Of a stretch of 64,000 nt of DNA, positions 1 to 13,600 are shown in pieces. Within the stretch, counting starts at the first letter, position 1. Every line of letters begins with the position of its first letter. This DNA is from Eledone cirrhosa (lineage: Eukaryota): contig OZ024741.1 of NCBI GenBank assembly GCA_964016885.1, forward strand, positions 84,754,001-84,818,000, in the 5' to 3' direction. The position numbers and the translations under genes are program-made. The notes beneath the pieces are model-generated. The model had not been told where the DNA came from. It worked only from the letters and a program-made list of their open reading frames with translations, and did not search any database.

Positions 1-100
<100 letters not shown>

Positions 101-949
101 GTGTACGCATATTTAAGAACAATTGTTACATTTTCCTATCTGCAGTTTTCCCTACGGTCTGTGACAAATTAGCAAACTTAGGATAATTCTGTAAAATGTC
201 AAAATAATGAAGAGAAGAAAATATGTTGTGGAACCGGTAATGAAACATTTTCCCCGGCTTTAACCATTTTCTGGTGATTAAAACGGTTTCTAATTTTGGT
301 GTATTACCAGTATTTTAATGAGAAGGGAAATTCGTTTACAATGACACATGCACCTGAGAGGTAATGTATTTATTGGCTATTAGAGGATGACACAAAAATT
401 TAATCTTTGTCAGTCTTGAACTAAAAGTATTCTTTCCGGCATTGTAAAGAAATTGTTATTCGGCCACCTACAATATTGGACAGAACGGTAGACAACAATA
501 GAACCTTCAATCTTTTGAACACTAAACTCCTTTCATTACCTTTATACTAAGGCAAACTGACATACTCGTAATTCATAATTATGATGAATTCTTCAGTTTC
601 GACAATAAGCAATCAGTTCCTTGATCAACTAAATTTTCAACGCATGACTTAACCTGTATGTGGTTGAAGCATGACCCTTCCAATAATTTTAAAGCCAAAC
701 CAGCCTGATATGATATGTGATAATATTGGACCTTTGAATTGCAAGTACAACCCAACGACAGATTTATATACAGTTTCCGTCTATCCAGGTTCGTATAAAG
801 GCTTGGATTGAGCGGGGTTACAGTAGAATCTTTTGTCCATGAGTAAACATTGTACCCGGCATTATACCCGTAATCACCTGATTGTTTTACGAAACTTAAT
901 CATTGAGTCATGTCTCCATCCACTATTTATGATAATAATCATAGTCTAA

Positions 950-1905
950 ATACTTTTGACGCAAGGCTAGAAATCTAAGGAGAAGGGAAAGTCGATTAAA
1001 TCAGGCCCATTAATTGAATGTTACTTTATTTTATTGACCTCGGAAAAATGAAAAGCAAATTTGTCCTCTGGATTTGGCCAGAGAACGTAAAGAACCAGAA
1101 CAAATAATACTAAAAGTTGACCTCTGTTAGATTTAAATCCAGAACGTAAAAAACCATACAAATACTACTAAGCATTTGTCCGACGCTTCAGTACCCATCC
1201 ATTGCAATTAAATATTTATACTTTATCAATTTATCGGGAGGGGAGTGTCGAGTTTATCGAAGCCAGTACTTTACTTCAGCATCCACAGGTGAATATAACC
1301 TCGGTGGAATTTAGGCTCTTGTAAAGTATGTATCCCGTAAGGATGAAAGGAAAGCCTAAGATTGGCGGATTTGAAATCATGACGTAAATGTAAAGTACCC
1401 AAACAAATACCCCAAAGGCTTCTTGTCTTATAATACCAGTGTACCATCTTTCAAATAATGATTTCAACTTTAAGCACAAAGCCAGAAATTTAGAGGAAGT
1501 AAAAGTCGATTAAATCGACTCCAATACTTGACTGGTATTTAACTTTATCGACAGCTGGAAGAATATATGGCAAAGTTGGCTTTAGTGGGATTTGAAATCA
1601 GAAAGTAAAGAACCGGAAAAAATACCACGAATTATTTTCTTCAGTGTTTTAACAATTCTGCCTGGCCACCACCTTTTTTGTAAATCATAATAATAATTGT
1701 CTCTACTTTTAGCATATGACCAAGGAAAGAGAAAAGTCGATTAAATCGATCCCAGTGGGTTTCTGGTACTTTATTTTATAGACCCCGTAAGGATGAAAGG
1801 AAAGCCTAACCCTGGCGGATTTGAAATGATGACGTAAAGAACCGGAAGAAATTCAACGAAGTATATTCTCCAATGCTCTAATAAATCTGCCAAGCAACCA
1901 ACGTT
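950..1905 (-). mobile_element. Cluster of ~4 decayed tRNA-derived SINE copies (octopus-type)
   Basis: Recurrent motifs gtcgattaaatcgac..cagt, tttat(c/t)gaccc, aaggatgaaaggcaaag and ggatttgaa(a/c)tcagaacgtaaag. The same motifs recur at ~28330-28620, ~40600-40780, 44668-44838 and 62092-62268. Confidence 0.7.
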
Positions 1906-2794
1906 TGCGTTATTCATAATAATAAAATATTGATAACATACATATTCCGCTTATTTTATAATACAAATCAAAGGAAAAGATGTAGCCTGTATTATTATCC
2001 TTTAAAGAATTATGATTTCTCGTTATTTTCTGAAATACGTTGACCTATTCTAGGAAGATTGGTTTGAATATGGATACTCAAACCGAAAATTGACTAAGAC
2101 AGTTGGCAGTCATTATAAAGATGGACATAATATGGCAATGAACAAAAATAAAAACCCAGTAATACATTTTATAGTTATTTATATGTCAAAACTTAAGCAT
2201 AGGTGATTTTAAACCCGAAGATGCAAAATAAAATATCTAGATTATATCCATTTAATATCAAGCATTAAAAAAAAAAAAAGATATGAAATTCATCTATGGA
2301 GGGAAAGAAGACAAAAGAAATATCTAAAAAATAAAATGAAAAAAATAAACAGAGCACATATAAGGAGAGTTAATAACACATCAATTTCCACGGCGAGCTA
2401 AATAGATGAAAAAAAACTTTAAAAAAGGTAAACAAAAACCAAACCACCAAACAAAAAAAAAGAAATTGTTATACCAAGAAAACAAATACCAGTACTGAGA
2501 AAAACAAAATCTCTCATAAACAGTGCTTGAGGCATTTTTATGTCAGTTGTCTGATCAGAAAGAAAGAAAAATGACGTCTATGGTTAGTGGAGGTTTCCTA
2601 GTAAAACTTATATTTTTGAGCAAGTTTGAAATACGCTGACTCACAACATAACACAACGCAACTTCTAGAACTTACAATCGAATCCCAAAATTAAAGTATA
2701 CTATATCCTTGACATGACAATAAATATATATATACATATATATGTATATACATAAATATACATAAATATATAAATATACATAAATATATACTGT

Positions 2795-2911
<117 letters not shown>

Positions 2912-2987
2912 TACATATATACAGACATACATATTTATCCTTATCGAGCCCTCTTTGGATTTTAGTCTTCAAATTTATTATTATTTC

Positions 2988-3072
<85 letters not shown>

Positions 3073-3659
3073 CAAGTGCCTTTGTAAATTAAATTTCTAC
3101 TATAAACACAACTTCAGCTTGCACATCAATTTTCTATAATTGTTGACATCAATTGAAAATACATCATAATTGCAACTGAAAATGTATTGAAAATATATAT
3201 CCCCTCAAAGACTACCAGCCAATGAGAACTGGTTCTATGGCTAAAATATCCTTCATTTTAGATTCCGCCATCTTAGAAGAAAATCAAAAGCATATATTAA
3301 ATAATTTGTTCTTGTTTGCACGATTATTTAAGTAGATTGCTTCGAAATTATATCGCCTCGAGTTCAATCCTACTGCTTGGAATTTTGGGTAAGTGCCATT
3401 CACTATCACTCCGGATCGTCCCACACGTTATGAGTTAAATTGGGTAGGTGGGGAAACTGTTTGGAAACCCATGGACGGAACAGTAAGTCTAATTCTGTAT
3501 TTATATTGCGGATCACTGCTATATTACAGTATATTACAGGGCATATACAGAGGCACTTTCACATACACATATAATATATATATATATTATAAAAGAGAAA
3601 ACACAGGTAAGCATTAAGAGAAGGATTTTATCCAGGTATTTACGACCGTTTCATTGGTA

Positions 3660-4868
3660 AGTGCTACATACTGATTGCGGATTTGGTACGGGTGATGAGA
3701 AACGTGTCCCGCATGTGCAACCCCAAAGAACTAGAGAGACACATACAACACTTCATCCACCGTATGCAGTTCTCTTGTTACAATCAGAGAGATAAGATCA
3801 GAGTATATAGAGGAGCCAGAACCAAATGGGAAAAAATGGTAAATAATGATACAAATGGGACCTACCCCTTGTATAGGAGCAAATTTTGGAATAGAATAGA
3901 AAGAACTAGGAATAAGGTTAATAGAATAAACTCATGGCATGATAGTAATAAATACCAGAGTGTAATGTTCATCAATACAACCCCTAAAGGTGAATTACCT
4001 TACAATTCAGAAGGGCCCTAGATAAACATAAACTCAATATTAAGATAGTAGAAAGACCAGGTACCTCCATAAAAACACTTATTAGCAATACATACCTTTT
4101 TCAAAGACCTCCCTGTATAGATAAGAAATGTATAATCTGTAAACTAAGCCCCCATATTAATTCTAAAACTAGAAATGTAGTATATAGCATAAGATGTACT
4201 GAAGGTCAATGTAGAGATAAGAATATAGTGTACATAGGTGAGACAGCTCGTAGCATAGGAGAACGGATAAATGAACACTGGCGAGAGCTTCAAGATAGTA
4301 AAGAATCATCTGTACTCTACCAACATGCTAAAATAGAACATAGAAATAAAAATAGAATCTACACACAGAAAAGACGCAATGTTTAGACAAATCACAGAGG
4401 CAATAAACATAAATGAACTCCAACCATAATTAAATAGAAAGCATGAATGGAATAGCAACATCACAACTTACAATTAAGGACAAAATGAAAACACACACAC
4501 ACACATAGAACAAACAACCAACCAGTAACATGTAAATAAACAAATAAATAAACAAATATAAACACACACAGACACCCGGATGTAACACATGCGCAAACTA
4601 AGCACACAACACACACAAACACAAGATGGCGCAGGACAGAACAAAGGAGAGGCACAAACACAAAGAAAAAGAATCCCCAGTCACTGAAGAGGTCACATAA
4701 TCTGTGACGAAAGAACTTTAACAATATATGAGCAATCGTCTGGTTGTGGAACCAACCAACCAGCCGGAAATTTATAAATTTATAAATTTAATTTATAATA
4801 AATTGAAGTGAAAGCAACTGGTGCGTGTGTTTCTTATTGGCAACATGACTCTCCCAAAGTATAACAAT
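3660..4868 (+). mobile_element. 5'-truncated Penelope-like element, family P1 (RT C-terminus, GIY-YIG, pLTR), frameshifted
   Basis: ORF 3683-4021 (SVMFINTTPKGEL), then RNVVYSIRC..YIGETARSIGERINEH..LNRKHEW ending ~4477. The 3' pLTR has an HHR and ends at (TA)n. Near-identical to 45498-46254. Confidence 0.85.
4680..4722 (+). ncRNA. Type I hammerhead ribozyme in P1 pLTR
   Basis: gtca CTGAAGA g-gtcaca-taatc-tgtgac GAAA gaac TT taac; stem I has one mismatch here and is tgac in other copies. Confidence 0.7.
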
Positions 4869-4876
4869 ATATATAT

Positions 4877-4914
<38 letters not shown>

Positions 4915-4918
<4 letters not shown>

Positions 4919-5542
4919 AAAAATTGAACAGGGACAGAACAGAGAGGCAGTACGACAAATGTTTATTAGCTTCACGCTCAGAAGAGTGGGGGGTAGGTGG
5001 AGGACGACGTTTCGGGCATAAGCCCTTCTTCGGGTAAGAGTTCAAAAGGTGTGTAGGGGAGTGGTGGAGAGACATATAGCGAAAGGAAACGGTGCGAATG
5101 AAAAATTAACAAATAAAGACAAAATTATAATAAATAATAAATAAAAATAAAGCGTGATCAAAATACAAGGAATGAGAACATTTAAAAATAAAGGCATGAT
5201 CAAAATAAACTGAAATTAAAAGGGGGGTAAACAGGTGGTGGAAGGGTGTGGGGTGAGTAGAGGTGGAGGCGGGTGGAGTGGGGAGAGGGAGACGGGGTGT
5301 CCGAGCGGGGAGGGCTGAAGGTGGTGTGTGTGTGTGTGTGTGTATGTGAAAGTGAGGGTTGGGGGAAGAACGGGTTGCATGTTCAGGAAGGTGTGTGTGG
5401 GGGGTGTTTTTGTGTGTCGGAGGGTCTGTGCGTGTGTGGATAGGGGGTGGGGGGAGAGGAATCAGGGGGCTGAGGGTGTAAATATGTGGTGGGAAGCACG
5501 TGTGTGTGGTTTAAGCGTGTTGTGGGTGTGGGTGGCGTGTGG
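4915..5542 (-). mobile_element. Solo PLE pLTR-like fragment with minimal HHR (5003-5036)
   Basis: Minus strand CCGAAGA agggc-ttat-gccc GAAAC GTC (U4C core, weak stem I); bounded by (TA)n on both sides. Confidence 0.5.
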
Positions 5543-5579
<37 letters not shown>

Positions 5580-5608
5580 TAGATAAATAATAAGTATAAA
5601 TATTTACA

Positions 5609-5661
<53 letters not shown>

Positions 5662-5884
5662 ACAATTAAATTAAAAATGTACATCCACATATGTATACTG
5701 AAATACTAGTATGCATATGAATACACACACGTGTACATATGTAGATGTACCGAGTTTTTCACTGGACACTTTACTGTGAGTGTCCAGCTATTCTGTATGT
5801 AAACACACAGACAAACCGGTTTTTAGAGTCATACTGGTTTTCGAGGAAACACCTTTCCTCTATTCTCCAGAAAGCCAGACAAGG

Positions 5885-5929
5885 AATATTGGACTAGTTT
5901 CGATGTTGTTACATCTCATCAGCAATATT
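5885..5929 (-). ncRNA. Type I hammerhead ribozyme (family A)
   Basis: aatattg CTGATGA gatgt-aaca-acatc GAAA ctag TC caatatt. Confidence 0.92.
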
Positions 5930-6622
5930 TACCTATCTTCCGGCCTTTCTAGAGAATCGTAAAAGCACATATCGTTATATGCTTTTTCTATGAAAATTAG
6001 TAGTGGGCAGACTAATTTGCATAGAGCGTGAGTACGTACCGGTTCAGCGGAGACGATAAAAACAAATAACGGAACGAAATTAAATTTCGTTTCGTTTGTA
6101 ACTCACTTTTGTATGACTGACGCTTAAACAATTAAATTAAAAATGTACATCCACATATGTATACTGAAATACTAGTATGCATATGAATACACACACGTGT
6201 ACATATGTAGATGTACCGAGTTTTTCACTGGACACTTTACTGTGAGTGTCCAGCTATTCTGTATGTAAACACACAGACAAACCGGTTTTTAGAGTCATAC
6301 TGGTTTTCGAGGAAACACCTTTCGAGGAAACACGAACGTGTGTGTATTCATATGCATACTAGTATTTCAGTATACATATGTGGATGTACATTTTTAATTT
6401 AATTGTTTAAGCGTCAGTCATACAAAAGTGAGTTACAAATTAGTGTGGTACAAATAACGAAACGAAATATAATTTCGTTTCGTTATTTGTTTTTATCGTC
6501 TCCGCTGAACCGGTACGTACTCACGCTCTATGCAAATTAGTCTGCCCACTACTAATTTTCATAGAAAAAGCATATAACGATATGTGCTTTTACGATTCTC
6601 TAGAAAGGCCGGAAGATAGGTA

Positions 6623-6667
6623 AATATTGCTGATGAGATGTAACAACATCGAAACTAGTCCAATATT
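6623..6667 (+). ncRNA. Type I hammerhead ribozyme (family A)
   Basis: aatattg CTGATGA gatgt-aaca-acatc GAAA ctag TC caatatt; canonical core, GUC site, palindromic stem III. Confidence 0.93.
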
Positions 6668-7088
6668 CCTTGTCTGGCTTTCTGGAGAATAGAGGAAAGG
6701 TGTTTCCTCGAAAACCAGTATGACTCTAAAAACCGGTTTGTCTGTGTGTTTACATACAGAATAGCTGGACACTCACAGTAAAGTGTCCAGTGAAAAACTC
6801 GGTACATCTACATATGTACACGTGTGTGTATTCATATGCATACTAGTATTTCAGTATACATATGTGGATGTACATTTTTAATTTAATTGTTTAAGCGTCA
6901 GTCATACAAAAGTGAGTTACAAACGAAACGAAATTTAATTTCGTTTCGTTATTTGTTTTTATCGTCTCCGCTGAACCGGTACGTACTCACGCTCTATGCA
7001 AATTAGTCTGCCCACTACTAATTTTCATAGAAAAAGCATATAACGATATGTGCTTTTACGATTCTCTAGAAAGGCCGGAAGATAGGTA

Positions 7089-7133
7089 AATATTGCTGAT
7101 GAGATGTAACAACATCGAAACTAGTCCAATATT
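7089..7133 (+). ncRNA. Type I hammerhead ribozyme (family A)
   Basis: Identical to 6623-6667. Confidence 0.93.
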
Positions 7134-7460
7134 CCTTGTCTGGCTTTCTGGAGAATAGAGGAAAGGTGTTTCCTCGAAAACCAGTATGACTCTAAAAACC
7201 GGTTTGTCTGTGTGTTTACATACAGAATAGCTGGACACTCACAGTAAAGTGTCCAGTGAAAAACTCGGTACATCTACATATGTACACGTGTGTGTATTCA
7301 TATGCATACTAGTATTTCAGTATACATATGTGGATGTACATTTTTAATTTAATTGTTTAAGCGTCAGTCATACAAAAGTGAGTTACAAACGAAACGAAAT
7401 TTAATTTCGTTTCGTTATTTGTTTTTATATATATATATATTTATTAAAATAACAGATTAA

Positions 7461-7511
7461 AGTTTAAGCAAAGAATCGCTGCTTTCACCCTCAACGGGAT
7501 CTTCTGAAACT
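7461..7511 (-). ncRNA. HHR-like motif with variant core CAGAAGA (N2 pLTR)
   Basis: agttt CAGAAGA tccc-gttga-gggt GAAA gca..tgc TT aaact; the same variant core is present at 20176-20224. Confidence 0.6.
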
Positions 7512-8453
7512 AAGAAAATCAATCTGTAAACGCAGAAGTGGATATTTCAAAAAACGTTGCAACCGGAGGAAGACAGGAAGTCGATACTTTGGTTCGTGGA
7601 AACGTTCGCTGGCAAAGAACGGGAAAAAACGAATATAATACGTCATTAATAGGAGCGGTGAAAAACAATTACGCGCAAAGACAGAACCACGTTTATGGTA
7701 TAAAAGAGGTTGTAGACTAATGTTCTCTTAGATGGTTCATAGAGACGTTCTCTGGCAATGAACGAAAAAAAACGAAGATAATACGTCATATGTGGAGCGT
7801 GGAGAACAAAGCACGCAAAGACAAAACCACGTAAATGGTATAGCAGAAGTCGTAGACTAAAATTCTAACAAGAAGACCGAATGAATCTCCGCTACAGAGT
7901 TAAGAACAAAGTAAATAAATACAATACAGAAGTAATAGAAATAAATTAAAAAAATACATACACGCAAACAAATACGCACATACACAATCATACGCAAAAC
8001 ACTTACCATATGTATACAAAACCACGCACATATAAATATGTGTGTGTGTGTATGCGTATATACAAATAAATAAATAATTATATAAACGTATATAAATAAA
8101 TAAATACGTATATAACAAGCGCACACACATACCTACATGCAAATACACCAATGTTCGAAGACGTAAGTCAACCAAAACAAGAAGTACACATATACACACA
8201 CCCTACATACATACGAACCTGCATACTCACACAGACGCAAAACTCCCGTATACACATAGCCAAACCATATGTACCAGAATATATAAACTTATGCGCCATA
8301 ACATAAACAATCAAATATACGTACGAGGAGGTATACGTACCTTCACAAAACATACGGGTAAAATATACTTACCTATGCAAATAAGTAATGGTATAAACAA
8401 AACATATACTTAGCTTCCACATCAAGACGTAAAATATCCACATATAAATCGTA

Positions 8454-10212
8454 CTATCCGTTAGGGTATAAAGTGGGGCTGTAATACAGGAAAGTTTTGT
8501 GCAATTTATGTTTACAAGCCGAAATTGCCTCAGATTTTTTGTTTAAGATGTGGTCTGTGGCGTAGAGTATTTCCAGGGCCTCGGCGGCGCAGTGGTCACA
8601 TGGTCTTTTATTTCCGTTATACGATCTAGCCCCAGCTAGGATCTCCCAGTGTAACTTATATTGGATGTGGTTGTCTTTTAGACTCCAGATATAAGCTGAA
8701 AGTGACGTCTATTCCTTCTTAGACGGTAACGAAAAGAATGTGTATGCATGTAAAGACGCTGCTTGAATCTATTGGCGGTTAACCCTATGTAGGCCCTACG
8801 GGACGTGGGTGTTACAACCTTTCATTTGTAGACGATGTTACTAGAGAGGCATTTCCCGGATAGAGGGCAATCAACCCGATTCCTACAATTACAGTTAGTA
8901 CTAACTACAGTGTTGCACGTGTTCCTACGGCTAGGTAGTTTAGCTAAATTTGAAGCTGTGATGTTATGTGCAAGGTTAGGAGTCGTAGAGTAAGAAATTT
9001 TAATAGTATTTCTATTAAAAATTTTACTATATTTATGTGTAGGTGGAAAATGCTTCGTAATAAGGGAAAGAAATATCTTAGCTAATGGTGTGGCCACCTC
9101 TATATTATATGGTGGGTTATACCAACAAATGCGACGGGATCTATTTCTTCTAGGTCTATTTTCGTACTCTGTACATGCTACCTTATCGACAAATCCACTT
9201 CGAGCAAGAGCTTCATTATAATAAGTGAAATGGTCGTTGAAAATACGCTCGTTGGTGGAAAGACGGGAAAGCCTCAACGAAACGTTTCTTACCAGGTTCT
9301 TGGTTATGCTGGCAGGATGGTTGGAATGCTTACTTATGTAATTAAGCGTATCATTCGGCTTTTTATACGGGTAATACAACCCATTCAATAAATTGAGGGT
9401 AACGTCGAGGTAATTAACGACCGAGAGATTGGCCTCAACCTGTATAGAGAGGTTGAAGCCTTTAAAGAAGGCTGTGAGTTCTTTTCTGAACCTGTCGCAA
9501 GCACGAGGTCCGCACTTAGTCATGGTCAAAAGACCATCGTCACGGTACAAACCACCGCCCGCGTTTGGGAATTCGTCCTTGATTGAGAAAAGAAGGAAAA
9601 GGCCGATTAGATCAGTAACCTCCGCAAAATCACTGGCGCCCATACTCCAGTCGAATGGGGGTACTGTTGGATTTTTTAATCCAAATAGAGTCGTCGAAAT
9701 TAATCACCGACTTTCGGGCATTGAGGATGACATCAACTTCGAAATCCTTAACCACTGTGAGTGTTTTAGCGAAATTGATAGCTCTAAGGAGAAGTGGTAA
9801 AGTGATGGAGGAATAGTAATTGTTGATGTCGAATTGGATAAAAAGGAAATGTTCCTTGTTACATATGCCGTTGAACCAATCAATCACCGCGAAAGAATTG
9901 TTCCACAGTGCCAGAGGGGCCAAACTTCTAATTTCAGGTATAATTCTATCAAGAATCGTTTTACTAAGTCTACCTAAATCGGACTTCGTAGGGTTAATAA
10001 ACCGAATAGAGGGGTTGTTCGGAAAATTGGATTTGTGATCCTTCAGGGTAAAGTGGGAGGAAATAGGGTCCAGAGGTTCGGTCTGGTCCAGGAGGTTGAG
10101 ATCAGATGTGATTTTAAACCCAGCATCGTTGATTTCATTGATGACGCCCCGATTAGTTTTACGGTAATCCTTAGTTACAGCATTATGTAGTTGTTGATGG
10201 TAAGTACTGCGC
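8454..10212 (-). pseudogene. PLE RT/GIY-YIG ORF, disrupted
   Basis: ORFs 9630-10220 and 8822-9643 are joined by a frameshift. After TGA the frame continues KVVTPTSRRAYIGLTANRFKQR; after a second frameshift TSLSAYIWSLK..WEIL..CDHC..LNKKSE..CKH, stop at 8454. Confidence 0.88.
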
Positions 10213-10319
10213 ATACACACACATATATATTTGTTGGTGTATCCATCTCTCTCTCTCTCTCTATGTATCTATCTCTCTCTCTCACTGATGGAAGGTTTGA
10301 TTATATATATATATATATA

Positions 10320-10500
10320 TAACTTTGATGACTTTGATAGGTTTCGGTCAGCATTGGCCCCGATAATGTCTAACTTTATAGCACCACCTGGTGAAGTCTT
10401 TCAAGTCATGATTTGGACACCATACGGACACATATCCGGATGCAGGTGTTTATCCGGAATACTTGGAGGAATTTCCTAAAATCATGTTGAATAATATGGG
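10320..10500. repeat. Unclassified TA-associated interspersed repeat, related to 28958-29162
   Basis: Shared actttgataggtttcgg, atgtctaactt, agcaccacctgg(t/c)gaagtctt and catatccgg motifs. Confidence 0.65.
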
Positions 10501-10624
10501 ATCTGTTTCTGTTTTTATGATTTTATTATATAGATATAGATATATAAATAGAACGTAACCAGTTGAGGTGAAATAATTAACCTATCTGACTGGGGAAACG
10601 ATAGAGAACAATATAAAATATATA

Positions 10625-13600
10625 TATGTATAAATCACTACCTCCTTACGGACAACTGACGCTGCACACCAGGACCTAATGTTGTTATGAGATGCGAGAT
10701 TGAGTTTTGATGTCGGTGGGTAACATGGAGCCCAAACCTTAGCTGTATATTAAAGATGATGCCAAACTCGTTTGAGCAATTCTGATGGTATATTTGTCAC
10801 ATCATACAGATAATGTAGCACTCACAATGGCGTTGGAGACAGTAGAGTTTGGGCTTTTCTAGTGGACACCAATAGACAAGGCCTGTCGAGCCGTCCATCA
10901 TGTTTGTGATTGATCTTTGACGTGCTTCAATTTTAATAATACTTTGTTTCGTGTGAGTTGACCACAGTGGACAACAGTATTCATGGTGGAACCCGGCAAA
11001 AACAGGGAATGAAAGGATAATGGTGGGGATATCTCTCAACTGGAAAGTAATGTTAACTTTGTTGTTTATACGAATAGCCAAGCTTAGGTTGTTAGCAATA
11101 ATGAATCCCATACCTCTGTTTTTGTTGAATGCCACGAGGATTTCAGCTGAGAGAAGAGCATAAGAAAATTCGACCACAATATGCTGGGCTTTGTTTGTGC
11201 AGAAGCACTTGATCCGTTGTAGTAACTTTCGAGAGACACCAATGTTGGATAGTTTTTTCAATAGTTAAAGTTCAGAAGATGATTTCTTTCAGAGAGATGA
11301 TTTATACATGGTCTCGCTACCCTCTCAAATAACTTAATGATATAAGAAGTGAATGAGATCAGACAGTAATTCACTGCAAGGTACTTGTTTCCATTTTTGA
11401 AAACTAGGACAACAGGCTGGCACAGAAAGTTTTCAGTAATATAGCCAGCGTCCATTGAATTCCTCCACAGATTAGCGAGAGGAAATGTTAATTGGTGTCG
11501 AGACACTAGCAATGAGCCTATCGGGGTCTACTGCTGAGTCGTGTTTTATTTTGTTTATTCCCGCTAAGACATCAGGGGCGCAAAACATCGTGTCAGATAA
11601 ACACCACTGATAAAGCCCAGATCAGCCATATCCGGATTCCTGTAAACAGAGCAGTATTGTTTCTGCAGTACCTCACCCATAGTCTTGGAGAGTGCCATTT
11701 TCATCAATCCGAGTGCCAACAGGGAAGAGAGTGTGGTTTTTCGCAAATGAAACGAACACACTTTGGGATTGTGTTAGATTTTCTCAAAGGCCCATTTCTC
11801 CTCAGGGGATCTTTGATTATTAATGCATGTTTGGAGATTAATTTTTTTTTATTCGAGCGGTGCAATAGCAGTCACATGTGTGTGTTGCTGTTAGCAGTAT
11901 TTTAGTTTTGTTTTTGTTTTGTTTTTTTATTTTATGATAATATTTTTTTTTCTCTTTTGAGAGATTCTGCACGTAGTTTTGTTTCTCAGATCTTGATGAG
12001 GTATGCTTTGAACAAACGTTTGTAACCGTGTCTAGAAAAAAACTGCCAGGATGTTTTGTTGTTAGTGGAGATGTGTGAGCGTGTGAATGGCCAGTCAATA
12101 TATAATAGATCGTTAGGGATTGCATCCCAGTTGGCATTGTGAAGATCCATATTAGGAAATTTGTGGGCTGGAGAGAAGTCATGTGTTTAGCTTACGTCTG
12201 ATGGAATCTCAGCTTACAGAGAACCATATCGTCGTCTGAGTGAGGGTATTTTTCTACTGCAATATTTTGTATGATGTTATTGTGGTTACTAAACACTAGG
12301 TCCCAAATGTTTCCTGATATCTTGTTGGTGCAAGAACAGGTTGAGATGAGAAAAAGCTCATCCATAAAGTCGAGCAGTGTCTCTACTGCTGCTTTGTCAG
12401 CGGTTGATGTGAAATTACCTGGTTTCGAAATTTTTGTAGACCAATCAACACAGGTGAGTTTAAAGTCTCCCATCATTAGTATGTTACTAGAATGACACTG
12501 TTGTATAACACACTTAATGCTGTCGATGCATTCTTTGAAGCACAGTATGGGCATTGCAGTTGCCCATAGCGCACAACTATTATCAAATCAGGAGTCATAC
12601 AGGAAAAAGGCAATTCCTCCATTCCTCCTGCCAATACAATCCGCGCGAATGGCTGTAATATTCCTTTCCTTCTCTTCAGCTTCCAATTGGGTATTGTCGT
12701 GATGGGTGTCAGTCAGTTAAGATTAAGAAAGGGATGTGATGTGGGTGGTTATCTACCCAATACTCAATGGATTAAATCTGCCATTTTTGTGCAGTGATGT
12801 AGAAATGTTGTGGCTAGAATTATGGCCGGTTTAGAGTGTTTCAGGAGACGTGTTTTGTGTTTGCTTGTTAGTGCAATGGGTGGGGCTTTGGTACACTGGG
12901 GTAATAGCATAGATTGGCGCTGCGTGATAACTAGAAGGTTCTTTTTTTATCTCTTTTCACGGGTTCATCATGACTATAAAGTAGTTTTCTTGTTTAGGGA
13001 ACTGTTGTTGACTGGAGGTGTGGTTGAACGGTTCGATAAGGTTATAGTTTCCACATTTGGTTGTGTTTTTGTACCTTCGTAAAAAGTCTAGACAAGCATT
13101 ACTGCAACAGGGAATGATTTTACTGTGGTTTAGGCGTTGACTTGGAGTCCCATTTCTGCTAGTGTGTCGTATCTTTGGAAGTGACAGTCTGGCTGCAGAT
13201 GTTATCTCTCGCGTTGAGAATACCGGCAGGTTTTAGGATTTCGTGTTACGCGTGTTTTAGCGTTTTATTAAGTATTTTGTGGTGTTAATATTATTGTGAG
13301 ATGTGTACTTTGAATTTGGCTTGTAGTGTTCATATGAAATGTGCGTCTTTCCTTAGCTAGATGCGTAAAGATGCAAACACTGCCTATGGCTAAATGAAAA
13401 CCGACATATTTTGAGGTTTTGCGTTTGTGCTGCCGGGTGCGCATGTTGCTACATAGATTTTGACAGATTTTTCGTAGAACTGTGAGGTAAACATTTAGAT
13501 TGAAGTAGAGATGTAGAGGAAGTAAGCAGTGGTTTCTTATTAATTGAGGTGGTAGAAATATTAATAGTAGTAGCATTAGAAGATTATGATGATGATGATG

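Larger units (their letters stand above)
5661..7425. mobile_element. Retrozyme-like HHR tandem repeat family A (466-nt unit): ~1.4 units on minus plus ~2.3 units on plus, head-to-head
   Basis: HHR cores at 6630 and 7096 give a period of 466. Inversion junction at ~6323-6336. Non-coding, many hairpins, (TA)n on both flanks. Confidence 0.85.
7437..10212 (-). mobile_element. 5'-truncated Naiad-like Penelope element (family N2) with ~1-kb 3' pLTR
   Basis: RT motifs (QFDINNYYSSI, MGAS, LYRDDGL), CNC..CPL..C linker, GIY-YIG, HHR at the far end; TA-rich at both ends. Confidence 0.9.

Noticed and set aside
5780-5962. 60-aa ORF repeated three times (also 6590-6772, 7056-7238)
   Set aside because: Non-ATG start, antisense to the HHR, and identical only because the repeat is young
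5661-7425. Tandem arrays as CRISPR or ordinary satellite
   Set aside because: No repeat-spacer structure; units are dispersed and each carries an HHR
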